Assembly (NCBI GenBank): GCA_024239055.1
Contig: JANBVJ010000001.1
Span: forward strand, 368,572 to 432,571
Direction: 5' to 3'
Length of the DNA: 64,000 bases
Origin: Patescibacteria group bacterium
GTDB lineage: Bacteria; Patescibacteriota; Minisyncoccia; Minisyncoccales; UBA10102
The notes beneath the pieces were generated by a model. It ran no database searches. It had not been told where the DNA came from and worked only from the letters and a program-made list of their open reading frames with translations. The first letter of the stretch is position 1. Each line of letters begins with the position of its first letter. This document shows positions 1 through 11,078 of this stretch, piece by piece. Made by a program: the position numbers and the translations under genes.

Positions 1-3000
1 GAAATCCTCTCCTCCGGTTATAGTAATATTTGCAATAGATGGACATATCCCTCCTTGCATATAGAAACCATATGTATTATCAGTGAGTGTTAGATTAGAT
101 CCAGTCACTGTACTTGCATTAGAATAAATAGCGGAGTTAAGACTATCTTGAATAGTTATATTAACTAATGTGATATCACTATTATCTAAATGGAGAGTCC
201 CTTCATTATTCCTATTTCCACCGAATTTGAGAATCGTGTCTGTTAATACCGATCCGGTGCTAGTTGAAGTAAATTGTAAATACCTCCAACTATTTGTTAT
301 TATTCCTCCATCTCCAAGTGTAGCTCCACCAACACTATCGTCACTAACAGTAGTAAAAATAACTGGTGATTCAGAGGTACCTTGAGTTGTAAGCATACCT
401 TGTACAATAAAATCTGGCTTACCATTTGGATCTGCTACAAACTTTACTACTACACCAGCCTGAAGTGTAAGTTTCTTATCTTGTTGCACTGTAAACCGAC
501 TGACAATATATGGTAATGTCCCTGCTTGCCAAGTTAAATCTGTGGTAGCCGCTCCCTCTATATAAATACCATTATAGGTGTTATCGGAAGCCGTATTACC
601 AGAAATTGTTCCAGCCGAACTGCTAAATTTAATGGGATACTTATTATTAGTGAAAGTATTATTCTGAATAGTTGGCGTACCAGACGGAAACTTATTCCAT
701 ATTCCAATATGATTATTAGAAAAAGTTGAGTTTGTAATCGTGGGACTGCCTCCTGTAATAAGAATAGCACTAGCATCGGGATCACTTGGATTGTTTGCCC
801 CAGAGATAGTAACTGAATTAAGTGTAGAATTCGAGTTGTCGAGGTGGAGTTTATATCGTAGATCTCCATTTTGAATAGCCGTATTATTTATTGTGATATC
901 ACTATCTTCCACCCAAACTGAATACCTTGGACCTGTAACCGAGCAGCCAGATGCTCGAAAGGAAGCATTATCTATAAGTCCAAAAGTGATTTCAGAATTT
1001 ACAGAGGTAGAAGTAAAATACATACCACACCATGAACCAGAATCTGATGACTGAAAAGTAATTATTTCTTCTGATTGCCCAATAGCTGTTAAAGTACCAT
1101 CTATCCTCAAACTACCACCCCCTGACTTAAAGTTAACTGTAACACCTGGTTCAATCACAAGAGTCTTGCCGCCTGGAATGATCTGGGGGTTTAAAATAGA
1201 ATAAGGACTTCCTAAAAGCGTAAGAGTAACACTATCAAACTCTGTTAGGCGCAAACCCTGAATTTCTGTTTCGGCAAGAGAAAGGCTATTTTCTTGTCCA
1301 GGAGTTCCGTTAATGTATGCATTATCTGCATCGCGTCCATTATGCGTAATGAGGTTATTACTAGACCAATTCAAAGCATCTGAACCAGATGATGTTGCTT
1401 CAATACGTTCCATGGTTTGCTTCTTTGCATTATCTTCGACAAACCAAGCGCCAGTACTTAAACCCACTTCATCAATCAATCCATCTACACAGTCTTGTTG
1501 ATTAAAAAGTCTAAGTATACCTGGGGATGAATTATTCAATCCTATGGTAGCGTCCCACACGTCAGCAATGTTCACACTTAATCCTCCAATGCGTTCCATG
1601 ACGGTATTTTCATTATTGGCATATATTAAATATTCACTAGCCGCAATGATAAACCCTGGGTTCTCTCCGCCTTCCTTATAATTATCAGCCTCTGAAAAGT
1701 TTATACATTGCCCGGTATCAGCGCCAAATATAGACCACGTGCTCAAATCAACTTCTTCTTCGCTTGCGTTGTACAACTCAATCCACTCATCACTGCTGCT
1801 TGCATCTGTTCCCATCCAGGCAATTTCGTTAATCACTACAGACTTAGCTAAGCTAAGTTGTGTTTGAGCAGTAGAAAGCGCACTTTCATTTCCTGCAACA
1901 TCCTTGGCTTTTATTTGAAAATTATATTCTACTCCGTTTTGACCCCAAAGACTTAAGCTCGTTGTAGTAGCATCTAAAATAAGTTCTCCTGCTTGATCTT
2001 GCTGCCAACTTTGCCATATGTCGTTTTCCTCATATTGAAGAAAAACCCCATCTGCATTTGGAGTAACATTGTACTGGAGATAAAATTTATCTAATCCACT
2101 CGGCTCAGTTTCTCCAATAGGATCTTCTCCAGTCCATGAAAGAGTAAAATATACGGTTGATTGTGTTTCAGAAAGAATACTAAAAGAAACCTGGGGCGAA
2201 GTAATATCTTGTGCTTCTAGCTCAGGTTCCGGCTCGGACTCTGGCTCTGTGCTTGTATTTTTTGCTTTTGGCGTAGTAGAATTATAAACTTCAAAATCTA
2301 TAGAATTATCATCTCTATCATAGTAAGTTCCATTAATTTCATCCCAAATCCTATTCATAGATTGATTCTCTAAAGAATTCATTGTAACTGAATTCTCAAA
2401 ATCTTCTGCAAATCCAAATCCCACTTTATCTACTAATTCTCCATTAGGATTATAAAGTAAAATTGTATTATCTTTAGCAAAAGAATATGTTTTACCTGAA
2501 TAATAAAGATCTGGAGTTTCTGCTCCAGTAAAATTAACACTTCCGTCTTCATTAATTTGAGGAGTTATAAGGAAATATCCATTGGCTGGAATAGTTCTAG
2601 AAAACGCAGATGCGCTCACAAGGTTTGACTCTGTACCGCCAGAAGTCTTCTTTTTTAATGCCCATCCATCCAAATCAACATCACTATCATTTGGATTGTA
2701 TAACTCTACAAATTCATCTTTGACTGTTTCTCCTTCTGCCTGAACCTCAGAAATGAGAATCTTAGAATATGTCACAACAGCAATGGGAGTTCCACCTCCT
2801 CCGCCAGATCCAGTGCTTACACTACCGCTAGAAGTACTTATAGGGGGCTGCTGCGTCTCGACATAACCACTGCTGTTTAGTGCTTTAGGTGTGCCATCGG
2901 TACCGCTACTCGTCTGCCATGTATTATCTGCTCGTCGCTCCATGGTCTGGCGTACAGAGCTTAAGCCAGCTGGCCATTTTGATTCTGCGATGACTTTATC

Positions 3001-4521
3001 TCGCAATACACAGTCCCCATCAAAAAGGTATAGTGCTTCATTTGTATTACTGAGAGCCCCGGTATAAATTATGTCAGCTAATACATCAGAGATAGAGGTA
3101 TCATCCGTTCTTTCTAAAATAAAGAAGGTTTGGGCAGAAACTGTGTGTTCTTTTTTAAATATAACACTAATCTGCCTAGCCTTATCCATCAACTGCCAAC
3201 CTGCCAAATTGATTTCCTGATTTGTAATATTTTTCAATTCTATCCATTCATCACTCGCAGAATTTGTTGTTCCCATCCATGCGATTTCATTAAATATAAT
3301 TGAAGATAATTTAGGTTCATATAAAGGTATCTCGCATTGAACAATCTTAAGATCACTTTCTTTAACATCATTTATCTCTTCTGCTTTAACTTCTTCTTCT
3401 ATTTTTATATCTTCTACTATCTTTTTTTCAACAATTTCTATATCAACTACATCAGTATTTTCAATTTTTAAAACCAATTGGGTTGGAATTTCTTGTAATT
3501 CAACTTGTTCTTTAATAATTTCATTAAATTGACCTTCTAAATTTACATCTACAATCTTAATATTGTTATCCAATACTATACCAGCACCTCCTCTAATAGT
3601 TAACTTAGAAATAAACTCAGAAACATTATAAATAAAATTGTAGGCTGTGTCTGCTATTTTTCCTATTATTGCAGAAGTATCAATGCCCATATTCTCTAAT
3701 GCATCAATTACTTTCCTTGCGCTAACCAAATAATTCATAAGCTTTGTACGTTGTTCTTCTATTGGGTATGGTAAATCTTTAGAAAGTTCTAACTTAGGTA
3801 CTTCATCTGGAAATTCAATAGATACTTGCATTCTAGGAGTGGATTTAATTGCCCACCCTCTACCTTCAGATTTCACTTCTGCAATAACAGTAATTACAGA
3901 CGGCCTCACTCTACCATCGGAAGGGAGTTCGTCAGCAAAAAATGGAATTCCTATTGTTGATGAAGCAGTAGATTGTCCTGGATTAAAACTCTCTGGAGAA
4001 GAAAATTGTACCACAATCTTCCCTTCTCCTGACTCTATTTTCTTAAAAGAAAGAATATATTGAAATTCTGCTCTTGTCTTTTTATAAACAAGATTGCCAC
4101 TCGATGTACGAATCTCATTTGTAAATAACCAATCTCGTGCAATCTCATTTGCCTTCTCAATAGTTTGTTTTTCCAATTCTGTTAATAATTCTTTGACCGT
4201 TGTCTCTGGAATACTTACTAATAAACCTGCTACCTTAACTGCAATCTTAATAGTCTCTGTTGTAATAAAACCAGGTAAAAATCTTAAATATTCTTGATTT
4301 ATTGCTGCGCGTAATGTAAATAAGGCTGCTTGTTGTTCTCCATTTAAATCAACAAAGCGTACAACATTTTGATTGCTAAATTGATCAGAAATAGGTTGTA
4401 AAAACATCCAACTTTCTAAAGAAGACAAAACAAAGTCTTCTTGTGTTTGTGCACTAACAAAAATAGGAGCAACAAAAAAACTAGCAATAACTAAACATAT
4501 TGCTAATCTTTTTTGCATCAT
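1..4521 (-). CDS. Giant secreted surface protein with its C-terminus beyond the window edge (at least 1,507 codons). It has a signal peptide, three lamin-tail-domain (LTD) modules, an FN3-like module and parallel beta-helix repeats.
   Basis: My own translation of the minus strand from ATGATG (4521/4518) stays open to position 1. It is missing from the ORF track because it has no in-window stop. The N-terminus MMQKRLAICLVIASFFVAPIFVSAQ looks like a signal peptide. LTD signatures are NEIAWMGT..SDEWIELKN (~3300), ISEVQAEG..DEFVELYNPNDSDVDLDGW (~2760) and NEIAWMGTD..SDEWIELYN (~1840). NxTIxNN / GIW beta-helix repeats run from ~1250 to 1. Confidence 0.8.
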   Translation of the reverse strand, partial: MMQKRLAICLVIASFFVAPIFVSAQTQEDFVLSSLESWMFLQPISDQFSNQNVVRFVDLNGEQQAALFTLRAAINQEYLRFLPGFITTETIKIAVKVAGLLVSIPETTVKELLTELEKQTIEKANEIARDWLFTNEIRTSSGNLVYKKTRAEFQYILSFKKIESGEGKIVVQFSSPESFNPGQSTASSTIGIPFFADELPSDGRVRPSVITVIAEVKSEGRGWAIKSTPRMQVSIEFPDEVPKLELSKDLPYPIEEQRTKLMNYLVSARKVIDALENMGIDTSAIIGKIADTAYNFIYNVSEFISKLTIRGGAGIVLDNNIKIVDVNLEGQFNEIIKEQVELQEIPTQLVLKIENTDVVDIEIVEKKIVEDIKIEEEVKAEEINDVKESDLKIVQCEIPLYEPKLSSIIFNEIAWMGTTNSASDEWIELKNITNQEINLAGWQLMDKARQISVIFKKEHTVSAQTFFILERTDDTSISDVLADIIYTGALSNTNEALYLFDGDCVLRDKVIAESKWPAGLSSVRQTMERRADNTWQTSSGTDGTPKALNSSGYVETQQPPISTSSGSVSTGSGGGGGTPIAVVTYSKILISEVQAEGETVKDEFVELYNPNDSDVDLDGWALKKKTSGGTESNLVSASAFSRTIPANGYFLITPQINEDGSVNFTGAETPDLYYSGKTYSFAKDNTILLYNPNGELVDKVGFGFAEDFENSVTMNSLENQSMNRIWDEINGTYYDRDDNSIDFEVYNSTTPKAKNTSTEPESEPEPELEAQDITSPQVSFSILSETQSTVYFTLSWTGEDPIGETEPSGLDKFYLQYNVTPNADGVFLQYEENDIWQSWQQDQAGELILDATTTSLSLWGQNGVEYNFQIKAKDVAGNESALSTAQTQLSLAKSVVINEIAWMGTDASSSDEWIELYNASEEEVDLSTWSIFGADTGQCINFSEADNYKEGGENPGFIIAASEYLIYANNENTVMERIGGLSVNIADVWDATIGLNNSSPGILRLFNQQDCVDGLIDEVGLSTGAWFVEDNAKKQTMERIEATSSGSDALNWSSNNLITHNGRDADNAYINGTPGQENSLSLAETEIQGLRLTEFDSVTLTLLGSPYSILNPQIIPGGKTLVIEPGVTVNFKSGGGSLRIDGTLTAIGQSEEIITFQSSDSGSWCGMYFTSTSVNSEITFGLIDNASFRASGCSVTGPRYSVWVEDSDITINNTAIQNGDLRYKLHLDNSNSTLNSVTISGANNPSDPDASAILITGGSPTITNSTFSNNHIGIWNKFPSGTPTIQNNTFTNNKYPIKFSSSAGTISGNTASDNTYNGIYIEGAATTDLTWQAGTLPYIVSRFTVQQDKKLTLQAGVVVKFVADPNGKPDFIVQGMLTTQGTSESPVIFTTVSDDSVGGATLGDGGIITNSWRYLQFTSTSTGSVLTDTILKFGGNRNNEGTLHLDNSDITLVNITIQDSLNSAIYSNASTVTGSNLTLTDNTYGFYMQGGICPSIANITITGGEDF

Positions 4522-4539
4522 AAATCTTTCTATCTTTTC

Positions 4540-5136
4540 TTAATTAATTTCAAACCCTTCAAGTAATTTCTGAAAGTCTGCTTCGCAGTTATTTCTAAAT
4601 AATATAGTAGATATACTAAGAATATCTTCGTTATTTAAAGGCACTAATACTACAATATGAGTACCGTATTTACTAAATATCTTTGGATCCTCATAACGAT
4701 CTACAACTTGAAAACCATCATAATTACTTACCTTTATTATATCTTCATTATCATATAAGTCAGCCATCCTTCCTTTGATAGTATTAACCTCTACAAAATC
4801 TGAAATATCTTGAAATGACACATTAATTCCGCAACCTTTCGCTATAACTACTTCATCACGGAATTCTACATCTTGGCTAAATGCAGCAATCCAAAATTCA
4901 TCGTCCTCTTGTTCACCTTTTACGCTCCATCCATCTGGAACTTTAAATCTAAATCCAGCGCTTTCATTTGTTACAATAGTCCCTTCTGAAGTTTCACTAA
5001 TCTTATAATCTTCTTCTTGACTCCATTTTGTTGGTGTTAAAATAAATTCTTCTTCCTCTGTTTTGTTTAAAAATAAAAGAATCCCACCAAAAACAAGGAG
5101 AATTCCTACAGCACCAATAATAAATTTACTTTTCAT
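4540..5136 (-). CDS. Membrane-anchored hypothetical protein (198 aa)
   Basis: ORF with the N-terminal hydrophobic helix MKSKFIIGAVGILLVFGGILLFL and no recognisable motif. It lies 18 nt upstream of the giant LTD gene. Confidence 0.6.
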   Translation of the reverse strand: MKSKFIIGAVGILLVFGGILLFLNKTEEEEFILTPTKWSQEEDYKISETSEGTIVTNESAGFRFKVPDGWSVKGEQEDDEFWIAAFSQDVEFRDEVVIAKGCGINVSFQDISDFVEVNTIKGRMADLYDNEDIIKVSNYDGFQVVDRYEDPKIFSKYGTHIVVLVPLNNEDILSISTILFRNNCEADFQKLLEGFEIN

Positions 5137-5248
5137 ACTTCATTTTATACCACATTTATAACTTTTCAATTCTGCACTTGTCGAATTACTTTTGCCTTAT
5201 CTTTTGAATTCACATTCATAAAAAAATAATCATACAAAAGGTATTTTT

Positions 5249-5277
5249 AATATAACATCTATTAAACTAACTGTCAA
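5249..5277 (-). promoter_or_regulatory. Sigma70-type promoter, TTGACA-17-(TGt)TATATT, for the 198-aa gene and LTD gene
   Basis: The minus strand reads TTGACA (5277..5272), a 17-nt spacer, then TATATT (5254..5249) preceded by TGT. Confidence 0.5.
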
Positions 5278-5293
5278 ACTTACATCTATAAAC

Positions 5294-6019
5294 TTAAAAC
5301 CCTAAAAACTCACGTAGTAGTGAAGATGAGAATACGCTTACTCTAGTTCCTTTATTAAATCCAAGCCCAAGTACTTTACCCTCAATATCAAAGATAGGAA
5401 ATCCAGTTGTTATACTTCTATCCATTGTGGTTTGGAATACACTCTCCCCTGTTGCCGTTATAATACCTTGATCCACAAATCTCTGAAGTTTACCTTGAAT
5501 AAATATAAAGCCAGAAAGAAATACTCTTGAGCCGAGCTTCGTATCGTTACCGTTACCAAAACCTCTCGTAGGAAGCCCCCCGTTCTCAATCTTTAACAAG
5601 GCAAGATTGTTAAGAACATCCCGCTTTATTACACGCGCTAAAATTGCATCAGCATCTTCATTCAAATAAATGTTTGTTACATACCCGGTAGGAACAATAC
5701 TCGCTAAGGTAACAATAAGGCCATCTGAGGTAACAACAAGCCCGGAACCCGCTATCACATTAGCACCAGATGTGCTTTTAACTCCAACAACCACGTTCTT
5801 TGTTCTCTCAAAAGATGCAACCAAGGCTTCTCCTTCATTAACCACTATTTCTGAAACAGGACTCACAACAAGAGTTCTTGCGTTCCAATCCTTAATAAAC
5901 TGCATACCCTGAAATCCGGATTGTGAAGACATATATGGCAATAAAACAGCTTGGGCCCACATGCCTCCCCCGGCTCCCAAGATAAATACCAGCAATAATC
6001 CTAGAATATTTACTCTCAT
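5294..6019 (-). CDS. HtrA/S1C-like domain protein with the catalytic triad replaced (probable pseudo-protease), N-terminal membrane anchor
   Basis: It aligns by eye to the HtrA in this window: [19 protein letters not shown] vs GSGFIVSTDGLVLTNKHVV (His->Ser), NNLALLKIE vs QDLAILQIE (Asp->Asn), ITTGFPIF vs GNSGGPIL (Ser->Thr). It overlaps the clpB stop by 4 nt. Confidence 0.65.
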   Translation of the reverse strand: MRVNILGLLLVFILGAGGGMWAQAVLLPYMSSQSGFQGMQFIKDWNARTLVVSPVSEIVVNEGEALVASFERTKNVVVGVKSTSGANVIAGSGLVVTSDGLIVTLASIVPTGYVTNIYLNEDADAILARVIKRDVLNNLALLKIENGGLPTRGFGNGNDTKLGSRVFLSGFIFIQGKLQRFVDQGIITATGESVFQTTMDRSITTGFPIFDIEGKVLGLGFNKGTRVSVFSSSLLREFLGF

Positions 6020-8733
6020 TTATTTGCCTCAGCTTTTACCACCTTTTGTTTTGGTGTTGTAATGTGCATTGGCTTAACTAATCCTTCAAATACAATCTTC
6101 TCCTTTTCAACATCAATAATAATCTTCTTTCCAGGCTGTACCTCCCCTGCCACTATCTTTAAAGCCAGTGGATCTAAGAGCAAGCGCTGAATAACTCTTT
6201 TTAATGGACGCGCTCCGAGATTCGGATCAAACCCTTTCTCTGCAAAAAACTCCTTTGCCTTACTGCTCACCTGAATCTCCAGATTCTTGGCTTTCATGCG
6301 CTTTGCCACTCTTAAAAGCTCAAGGTCCACGATTTCAGCTATCTCTTTCTTTGAAAGATAGTTAAATAGTATGGTCTCATCCACCCTGTTCAAAAACTCA
6401 GGACGGAAGCGCTCACGCAAAGCGGTCATCACTTTGTCTTTAACATCTTGTTTTGCTGCGGTAGCCGCATTTCCAATAAATCCAAGTGGCGCCATATCAG
6501 CTAGGTGCTGGGAACCCACATTTGAAGTCATAATAATAATTGAATTCTCAAAAGAAACAACTCTACCCTTGGCATCAGTAAGACGCCCATCATCTAAAAT
6601 CTGAAGTAGAATATTGAAAACATCAGGATGCGCTTTTTCTATTTCATCCAATAAAACCACACTGTAGGGACGCCTCCGAATCTTCTCAGTCAGCTGTCCA
6701 CCCTCGTCATACCCAACGTATCCTGGGGGAGAGCCAATCATCTTGGAAACTGTGTGGCGCTCCATATATTCTGACATATCTAACCTCACCAAAGATGCCT
6801 CGTCATTAAATAGAAACTCGGCTAACGCTTTTGCCGTTTCTGTCTTTCCAACGCCAGTAGGACCCAAGAATAAGAAGGAGCCAAGAGGTCTGTTTTCCTC
6901 AGCTACTCCCGCTCTACTCCTGCGAATTGCATTAGATACCGCCTTTATTGCTTCTTCTTGGCCAATTACCCTTCTTCTTAAGGTATCTTCCATCTTCTCT
7001 AACTTCTTTGCCTCTTCTTCCAAGAGGCGCATAGCAGGAATACCTGTCCATCGAGAGACAACAACTGCTACATCCTCTTCACCAACCTTTTCTTTTAAAA
7101 TAGGGTGATTGCTTTGGAACTTTGATAGGCGCTTTTCAGATAAATGTATCTTTTTCTCAAACTCTGGAATTGTAGAGTACTTGAGCTCTGCTACCGTACG
7201 CAGATTCCCAGCTCCCTGTTCTTTCTCCACGGTAAACTTTGCCTCATCCATCTTATGCTTTAACTCTTTAATCTCGTCAATAATTTCTTTCTCAGTAGTC
7301 CATCTTGCCTCAATGCCCTTAGCTTTCTCTTGAAGGTCGGCTAACGAGCGCTCAATAACATTAAGCCTTTTAGACTGATCATTTTCATTCTTTAATGCCT
7401 CCTTTTCAATCTCAAACTTCTGAATCTCACGGCGTAAACTATCCAGTTCAGCGGGTTCTGACTCCATATCTAGTCTTAAAGAAGACATAGATTCATCCAT
7501 TAAGTCCACCGCTTTATCTGGAAGCTGACGGTCTGCGATATACTGGGCAGAAAGATTGGCTGCGGCAATTAAGGCCGCGTCCTTAATTCCGACCCCGTGA
7601 TGAAGCTCATATCTTTCTTTAATGCCGCGCAAGATAGTAATAGTATCTTCAATTGAGGGTTCCACCACAAACACCGGCTGAAATCTTCGCTCTAAGGCAG
7701 CGTCCTTTTCAATATATTTCTGATACTCCCGTAATGTTGTTGCCCCTACAGCCCTCAACTCCCCTCTCGCAAGAGCAGGCTTTAAGAGATTAGAAGCGTC
7801 AATTGCACCTTCTGCCGCCCCAGCACCAATCAAGGTGTGCAGTTCGTCAATAAACAAAATGTATTTCCCTCCTGAGCGCTCAAGCTCTGAAAGCAATGCT
7901 TTAATTCTATCTTCAAACTCACCCCTGTATTTTGTTCCAGCCACGATTGCTCCCAAATCCAAAGCAATCAATTCTTTTTCTTTCAATGACTCTGGCACGT
8001 CCCCCCGAACAATCTTTTGAGCCAAGCCTTCAGCTACCGCTGTCTTTCCAACTCCGGCCTCTCCAATTAAAACAGGGTTGTTTTTGGTGCGACGTGAAAG
8101 AACCTGCATCAATCTTCTAATTTCATTATCCCTTCCAATTACAGGATCCAGCTTACCCTGTTGGGCCAAGTGCGTAAGATTACGTGCGTACTTTTCAATC
8201 ACCTGATATTTTGACTCCGGGCTTGGGTCTGTAATTCTAATCCCACCTCGAATATCAGCTAACATCTTTAAAACCGTATTATAATCCAATTTACTAAACT
8301 CAATCTCAGAATTACTCTCACCTCCTCCCTGCAGAAGAGTTACCTTATCTAAAACCTCCTTTGCTTTGGTATCTGTATCTAGAAGAGCTAAAAACAAATG
8401 TTCTACTGAGATATATTCATCTCCCATTTTGGAACTCTCCTGACGAGCGCGCTCCATGACTTGAGCTAAATCCTGAGTAAGATAAAACTGCCCAAACACC
8501 TGTACCCCAGCTGAAATTGGAAGTTTTGACATAGCAGTATCTGCCTTCTCCTTTATTCCATTCACATCAGCCCCAAGCTTTTGAAGCACAGTCAAGACTA
8601 CACTCCCTTCTTGAGAAGTTAAAGAAGATAACAAATGAAGGGCATCTACCTGCTGCTGTCCTCGTTCTTGAGACAGGTTTTGAGCATGCAAGATTGCCTC
8701 TTGAGCCTTGTGGGTAAAGTTACCACTATTCAT
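6016..8733 (-). CDS. clpB: ClpB AAA+ disaggregase
   Basis: 905 aa with a Clp N-domain, two Walker A motifs ([16 protein letters not shown]) and a long coiled-coil middle domain. Confidence 0.95.
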   Translation of the reverse strand: MNSGNFTHKAQEAILHAQNLSQERGQQQVDALHLLSSLTSQEGSVVLTVLQKLGADVNGIKEKADTAMSKLPISAGVQVFGQFYLTQDLAQVMERARQESSKMGDEYISVEHLFLALLDTDTKAKEVLDKVTLLQGGGESNSEIEFSKLDYNTVLKMLADIRGGIRITDPSPESKYQVIEKYARNLTHLAQQGKLDPVIGRDNEIRRLMQVLSRRTKNNPVLIGEAGVGKTAVAEGLAQKIVRGDVPESLKEKELIALDLGAIVAGTKYRGEFEDRIKALLSELERSGGKYILFIDELHTLIGAGAAEGAIDASNLLKPALARGELRAVGATTLREYQKYIEKDAALERRFQPVFVVEPSIEDTITILRGIKERYELHHGVGIKDAALIAAANLSAQYIADRQLPDKAVDLMDESMSSLRLDMESEPAELDSLRREIQKFEIEKEALKNENDQSKRLNVIERSLADLQEKAKGIEARWTTEKEIIDEIKELKHKMDEAKFTVEKEQGAGNLRTVAELKYSTIPEFEKKIHLSEKRLSKFQSNHPILKEKVGEEDVAVVVSRWTGIPAMRLLEEEAKKLEKMEDTLRRRVIGQEEAIKAVSNAIRRSRAGVAEENRPLGSFLFLGPTGVGKTETAKALAEFLFNDEASLVRLDMSEYMERHTVSKMIGSPPGYVGYDEGGQLTEKIRRRPYSVVLLDEIEKAHPDVFNILLQILDDGRLTDAKGRVVSFENSIIIMTSNVGSQHLADMAPLGFIGNAATAAKQDVKDKVMTALRERFRPEFLNRVDETILFNYLSKKEIAEIVDLELLRVAKRMKAKNLEIQVSSKAKEFFAEKGFDPNLGARPLKRVIQRLLLDPLALKIVAGEVQPGKKIIIDVEKEKIVFEGLVKPMHITTPKQKVVKAEANK

Positions 8734-8739
8734 ATCCTA

Positions 8740-8767
8740 CTTATAGCACAAGATAGAAGGAAATCAA
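8740..8767 (-). promoter_or_regulatory. clpB promoter, TTGATT-16-(TGc)TATAAG, with the -10 box only 6 nt from the ATG (leaderless architecture)
   Basis: The minus strand reads TTGATT (8767..8762), a 16-nt spacer, GTGC, TATAAG (8745..8740), TAGGAT, then ATG (8733). Confidence 0.5.
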
Positions 8768-8857
8768 GAGGAAATTAAAGGTGAGTATTCGACCATAGCA
8801 TATATAAGTTTAAAGAGTATTTGACGAATTGCTATATTTGCAGGAAAATATGGGTAT

Positions 8858-9595
8858 ATGAATAATGCACTATATTTAATAATTCTTATACTCGGTGTTC
8901 TAACTGCAGTGGGACTTTCTGCGACGATTAATCCTTATTTAGATCCTTCTCAATATACTATCGTTAAAATAGATGGAGAAATAGTATTGGGTATTCTTAC
9001 TTTTCTTCTTGCGTTTCTAATTGCCACAGCAACTATTGCTTATAAGTTTGTAACTACACATTTCGATGAACGCAACGAGAAAAGTTTTGAAAAAGAACGC
9101 AAGATTCTTGGTGCTCAAATGAATATTAATATGGGAGTAATGCATATGCGAATATTCCGTACAACATATCATGGAGTTAGAAAGGGCAGCAAAAATGGTA
9201 AACTTGCATATGAAGAGATCAAAGAGGCTATAGTAAGTACACGAGATGCTCAAGATAAAATTGCAGGGTTAGAAATTGATGATACTATGAGAGAAACGGC
9301 TCTAATTAAAAATAATCTCGCTTATTACTTAGCAAGAAAATGGGAATATTTGAGAGATAAAAAAAGCAACTCTCAGTTTAAAAAAGATCTTGAGAAAAAG
9401 CCAGAAGATGGAAGGGAATATCTTGCAGATAAAGAAACAGCCGAATCGAGTCTGAGATTTTTCAAAGAGAATGAAATTAAAAATCCGCTCTTAAATCTTA
9501 GAGCAGAATTCCATGTAGAAAAGCTTACTGATGTAAAACAAGCTGTCAAGGATTCCTTCCAAGTAGAACCCACAATCAAACGCAAAGATCCCTAG
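8858..9595 (+). CDS. Hypothetical membrane protein (two N-terminal TM helices, charged C-terminal half)
   Basis: ORF only; hydrophobic segments LYLIILILGVLTAVGL and GILTFLLAFLIATATIAY. Confidence 0.55.
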   Translation: MNNALYLIILILGVLTAVGLSATINPYLDPSQYTIVKIDGEIVLGILTFLLAFLIATATIAYKFVTTHFDERNEKSFEKERKILGAQMNINMGVMHMRIFRTTYHGVRKGSKNGKLAYEEIKEAIVSTRDAQDKIAGLEIDDTMRETALIKNNLAYYLARKWEYLRDKKSNSQFKKDLEKKPEDGREYLADKETAESSLRFFKENEIKNPLLNLRAEFHVEKLTDVKQAVKDSFQVEPTIKRKDP

Positions 9596-9748
9596 ACTAG
9601 GCTTTTATGTCGTCTGAACATCGCATATATACTTTATTATAGCATACAAAAAACCTTGTCAATAGCACGATTTGATGAACGCTATCAAGCCGTGGTTTAA
9701 TAAATTTATGCGACAGGAACTAAAAATGGGCTCACGTTCTGTTTTTTC

Positions 9749-11050
9749 CTACTCCGACCGCTCCCCTAATGTAGCACGGAATATCTTCTCCTCATCCCCT
9801 CGCATCACCTTAATGACAATCTCGTCTTGCGGTTCGTACTTTTGTATTATCTTGGCCAAAGAGTTATCTAAAGTAATCTTCTCTCCGTTTATCTCCAAGA
9901 TCACATCCCCAACCTTCAACCCTGCCGTACCTGCAGCAGATCCAGGAGTCACCGCAAGACCTCCTTCTCCATCACGGAGAAAAGCTCCATAACTTACAGG
10001 AAGATCAAGCTCTGTCTGTAATTTTGGCGTAACGAGTGTATACCTGACTCCTAAAAACGGATAGACAATCTTTCCAGTTTCCTGAACCTGCCTAATAGCC
10101 CTTTTTGCTTTATTAACAGGAATGGCAAAACCAATGCTCTGGGCATTTAATATAGTGGCAGTGTTAATTCCAATAACCTCTCCCGCAAGATTTAAGATTG
10201 GGCCTCCTGAATTTCCTTTGTTGATTGCCGCATCCGTCTGCAAAACATCCTCTAAAGTCTCAACAAAGTTTCCGCCAGAAGCTGTAATAGTGCGTCCGAG
10301 CCCTGAGATAACACCAACGGAAACCGTATTCCGGAACTCAGCTAACGCGTTACCAATGGCAATGACGGTTTGTCCAATCTGAAGCCTATCTGAATCCCCT
10401 AGTTTAACTGAAGGAAATACAACGGGAACCAACTGTCCGTCATCATTCACTTCCTGCTCAGGTTCAATCTGAAGAATAGCCAAGTCCTGCACAGGATCCT
10501 TGGCAAGTACCTTTGTCGGGTAAGCCTTTCCGTTGTTTAAAAATACCGTGTATTCAGCATCTTCATCTAAAACCACGTGCTTGTTGGTAAGAACCAAGCC
10601 GTCTGTAGAAACAATAAATCCAGATCCTGCCCCAATCTCCTGCTTTTCCACGCCACGTTGTCTAATCTGAGGAATCTGGAAAGGTGAGGGTACGCCAAAA
10701 ATATCCCCAAAAGGGTCTTCAAAGAACTGCTCTAAAATTGGGACGTCTTTGGTAATAACAATAGAGACAACTGCCGGAGAAACAGATTTTACCGCCTCAA
10801 TAATCTTCTGCTCTTGGGAGGTTTGCGGAATATATTCTTTCTCAATAATGCGCTCTTGAATAATATTGGGAATACTGTCTCCCAAAATTCCAAGAGAAGA
10901 AAATAAAAACATTCCAGTAAATCCTCCAATTAATCCAAAGATTGACGCACCTAAAAATACACCTGCAAGCATCCATGTAGATTTCTTTTTACCAGTTAAA
11001 CTCTTTTTTGAAAGTATAGAGGGAAGTTCGGGAAATTCGTAATTAGACAC
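9749..11050 (-). CDS. htrA: HtrA/DegP serine protease with PDZ domain
   Basis: Intact triad motifs TNKHVV, DLAILQIE and GNSGGPIL; PDZ segment GLKVGDVILEINGEKI; GTG start. Confidence 0.9.
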   Translation of the reverse strand: MSNYEFPELPSILSKKSLTGKKKSTWMLAGVFLGASIFGLIGGFTGMFLFSSLGILGDSIPNIIQERIIEKEYIPQTSQEQKIIEAVKSVSPAVVSIVITKDVPILEQFFEDPFGDIFGVPSPFQIPQIRQRGVEKQEIGAGSGFIVSTDGLVLTNKHVVLDEDAEYTVFLNNGKAYPTKVLAKDPVQDLAILQIEPEQEVNDDGQLVPVVFPSVKLGDSDRLQIGQTVIAIGNALAEFRNTVSVGVISGLGRTITASGGNFVETLEDVLQTDAAINKGNSGGPILNLAGEVIGINTATILNAQSIGFAIPVNKAKRAIRQVQETGKIVYPFLGVRYTLVTPKLQTELDLPVSYGAFLRDGEGGLAVTPGSAAGTAGLKVGDVILEINGEKITLDNSLAKIIQKYEPQDEIVIKVMRGDEEKIFRATLGERSE

Positions 11051-11078
11051 GGTACTGAGATTAAAAACTATTTATTAA

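Noticed and set aside
170-4297. Track ORFs 170..385, 558..869, 1313..1501, 3839..4063 and 4094..4297
   Set aside because: All lie inside, or antisense to, the uninterrupted giant minus-strand ORF of at least 1,507 codons (1-4521), which has clear domain signatures. They are short and low-complexity, with no motifs.
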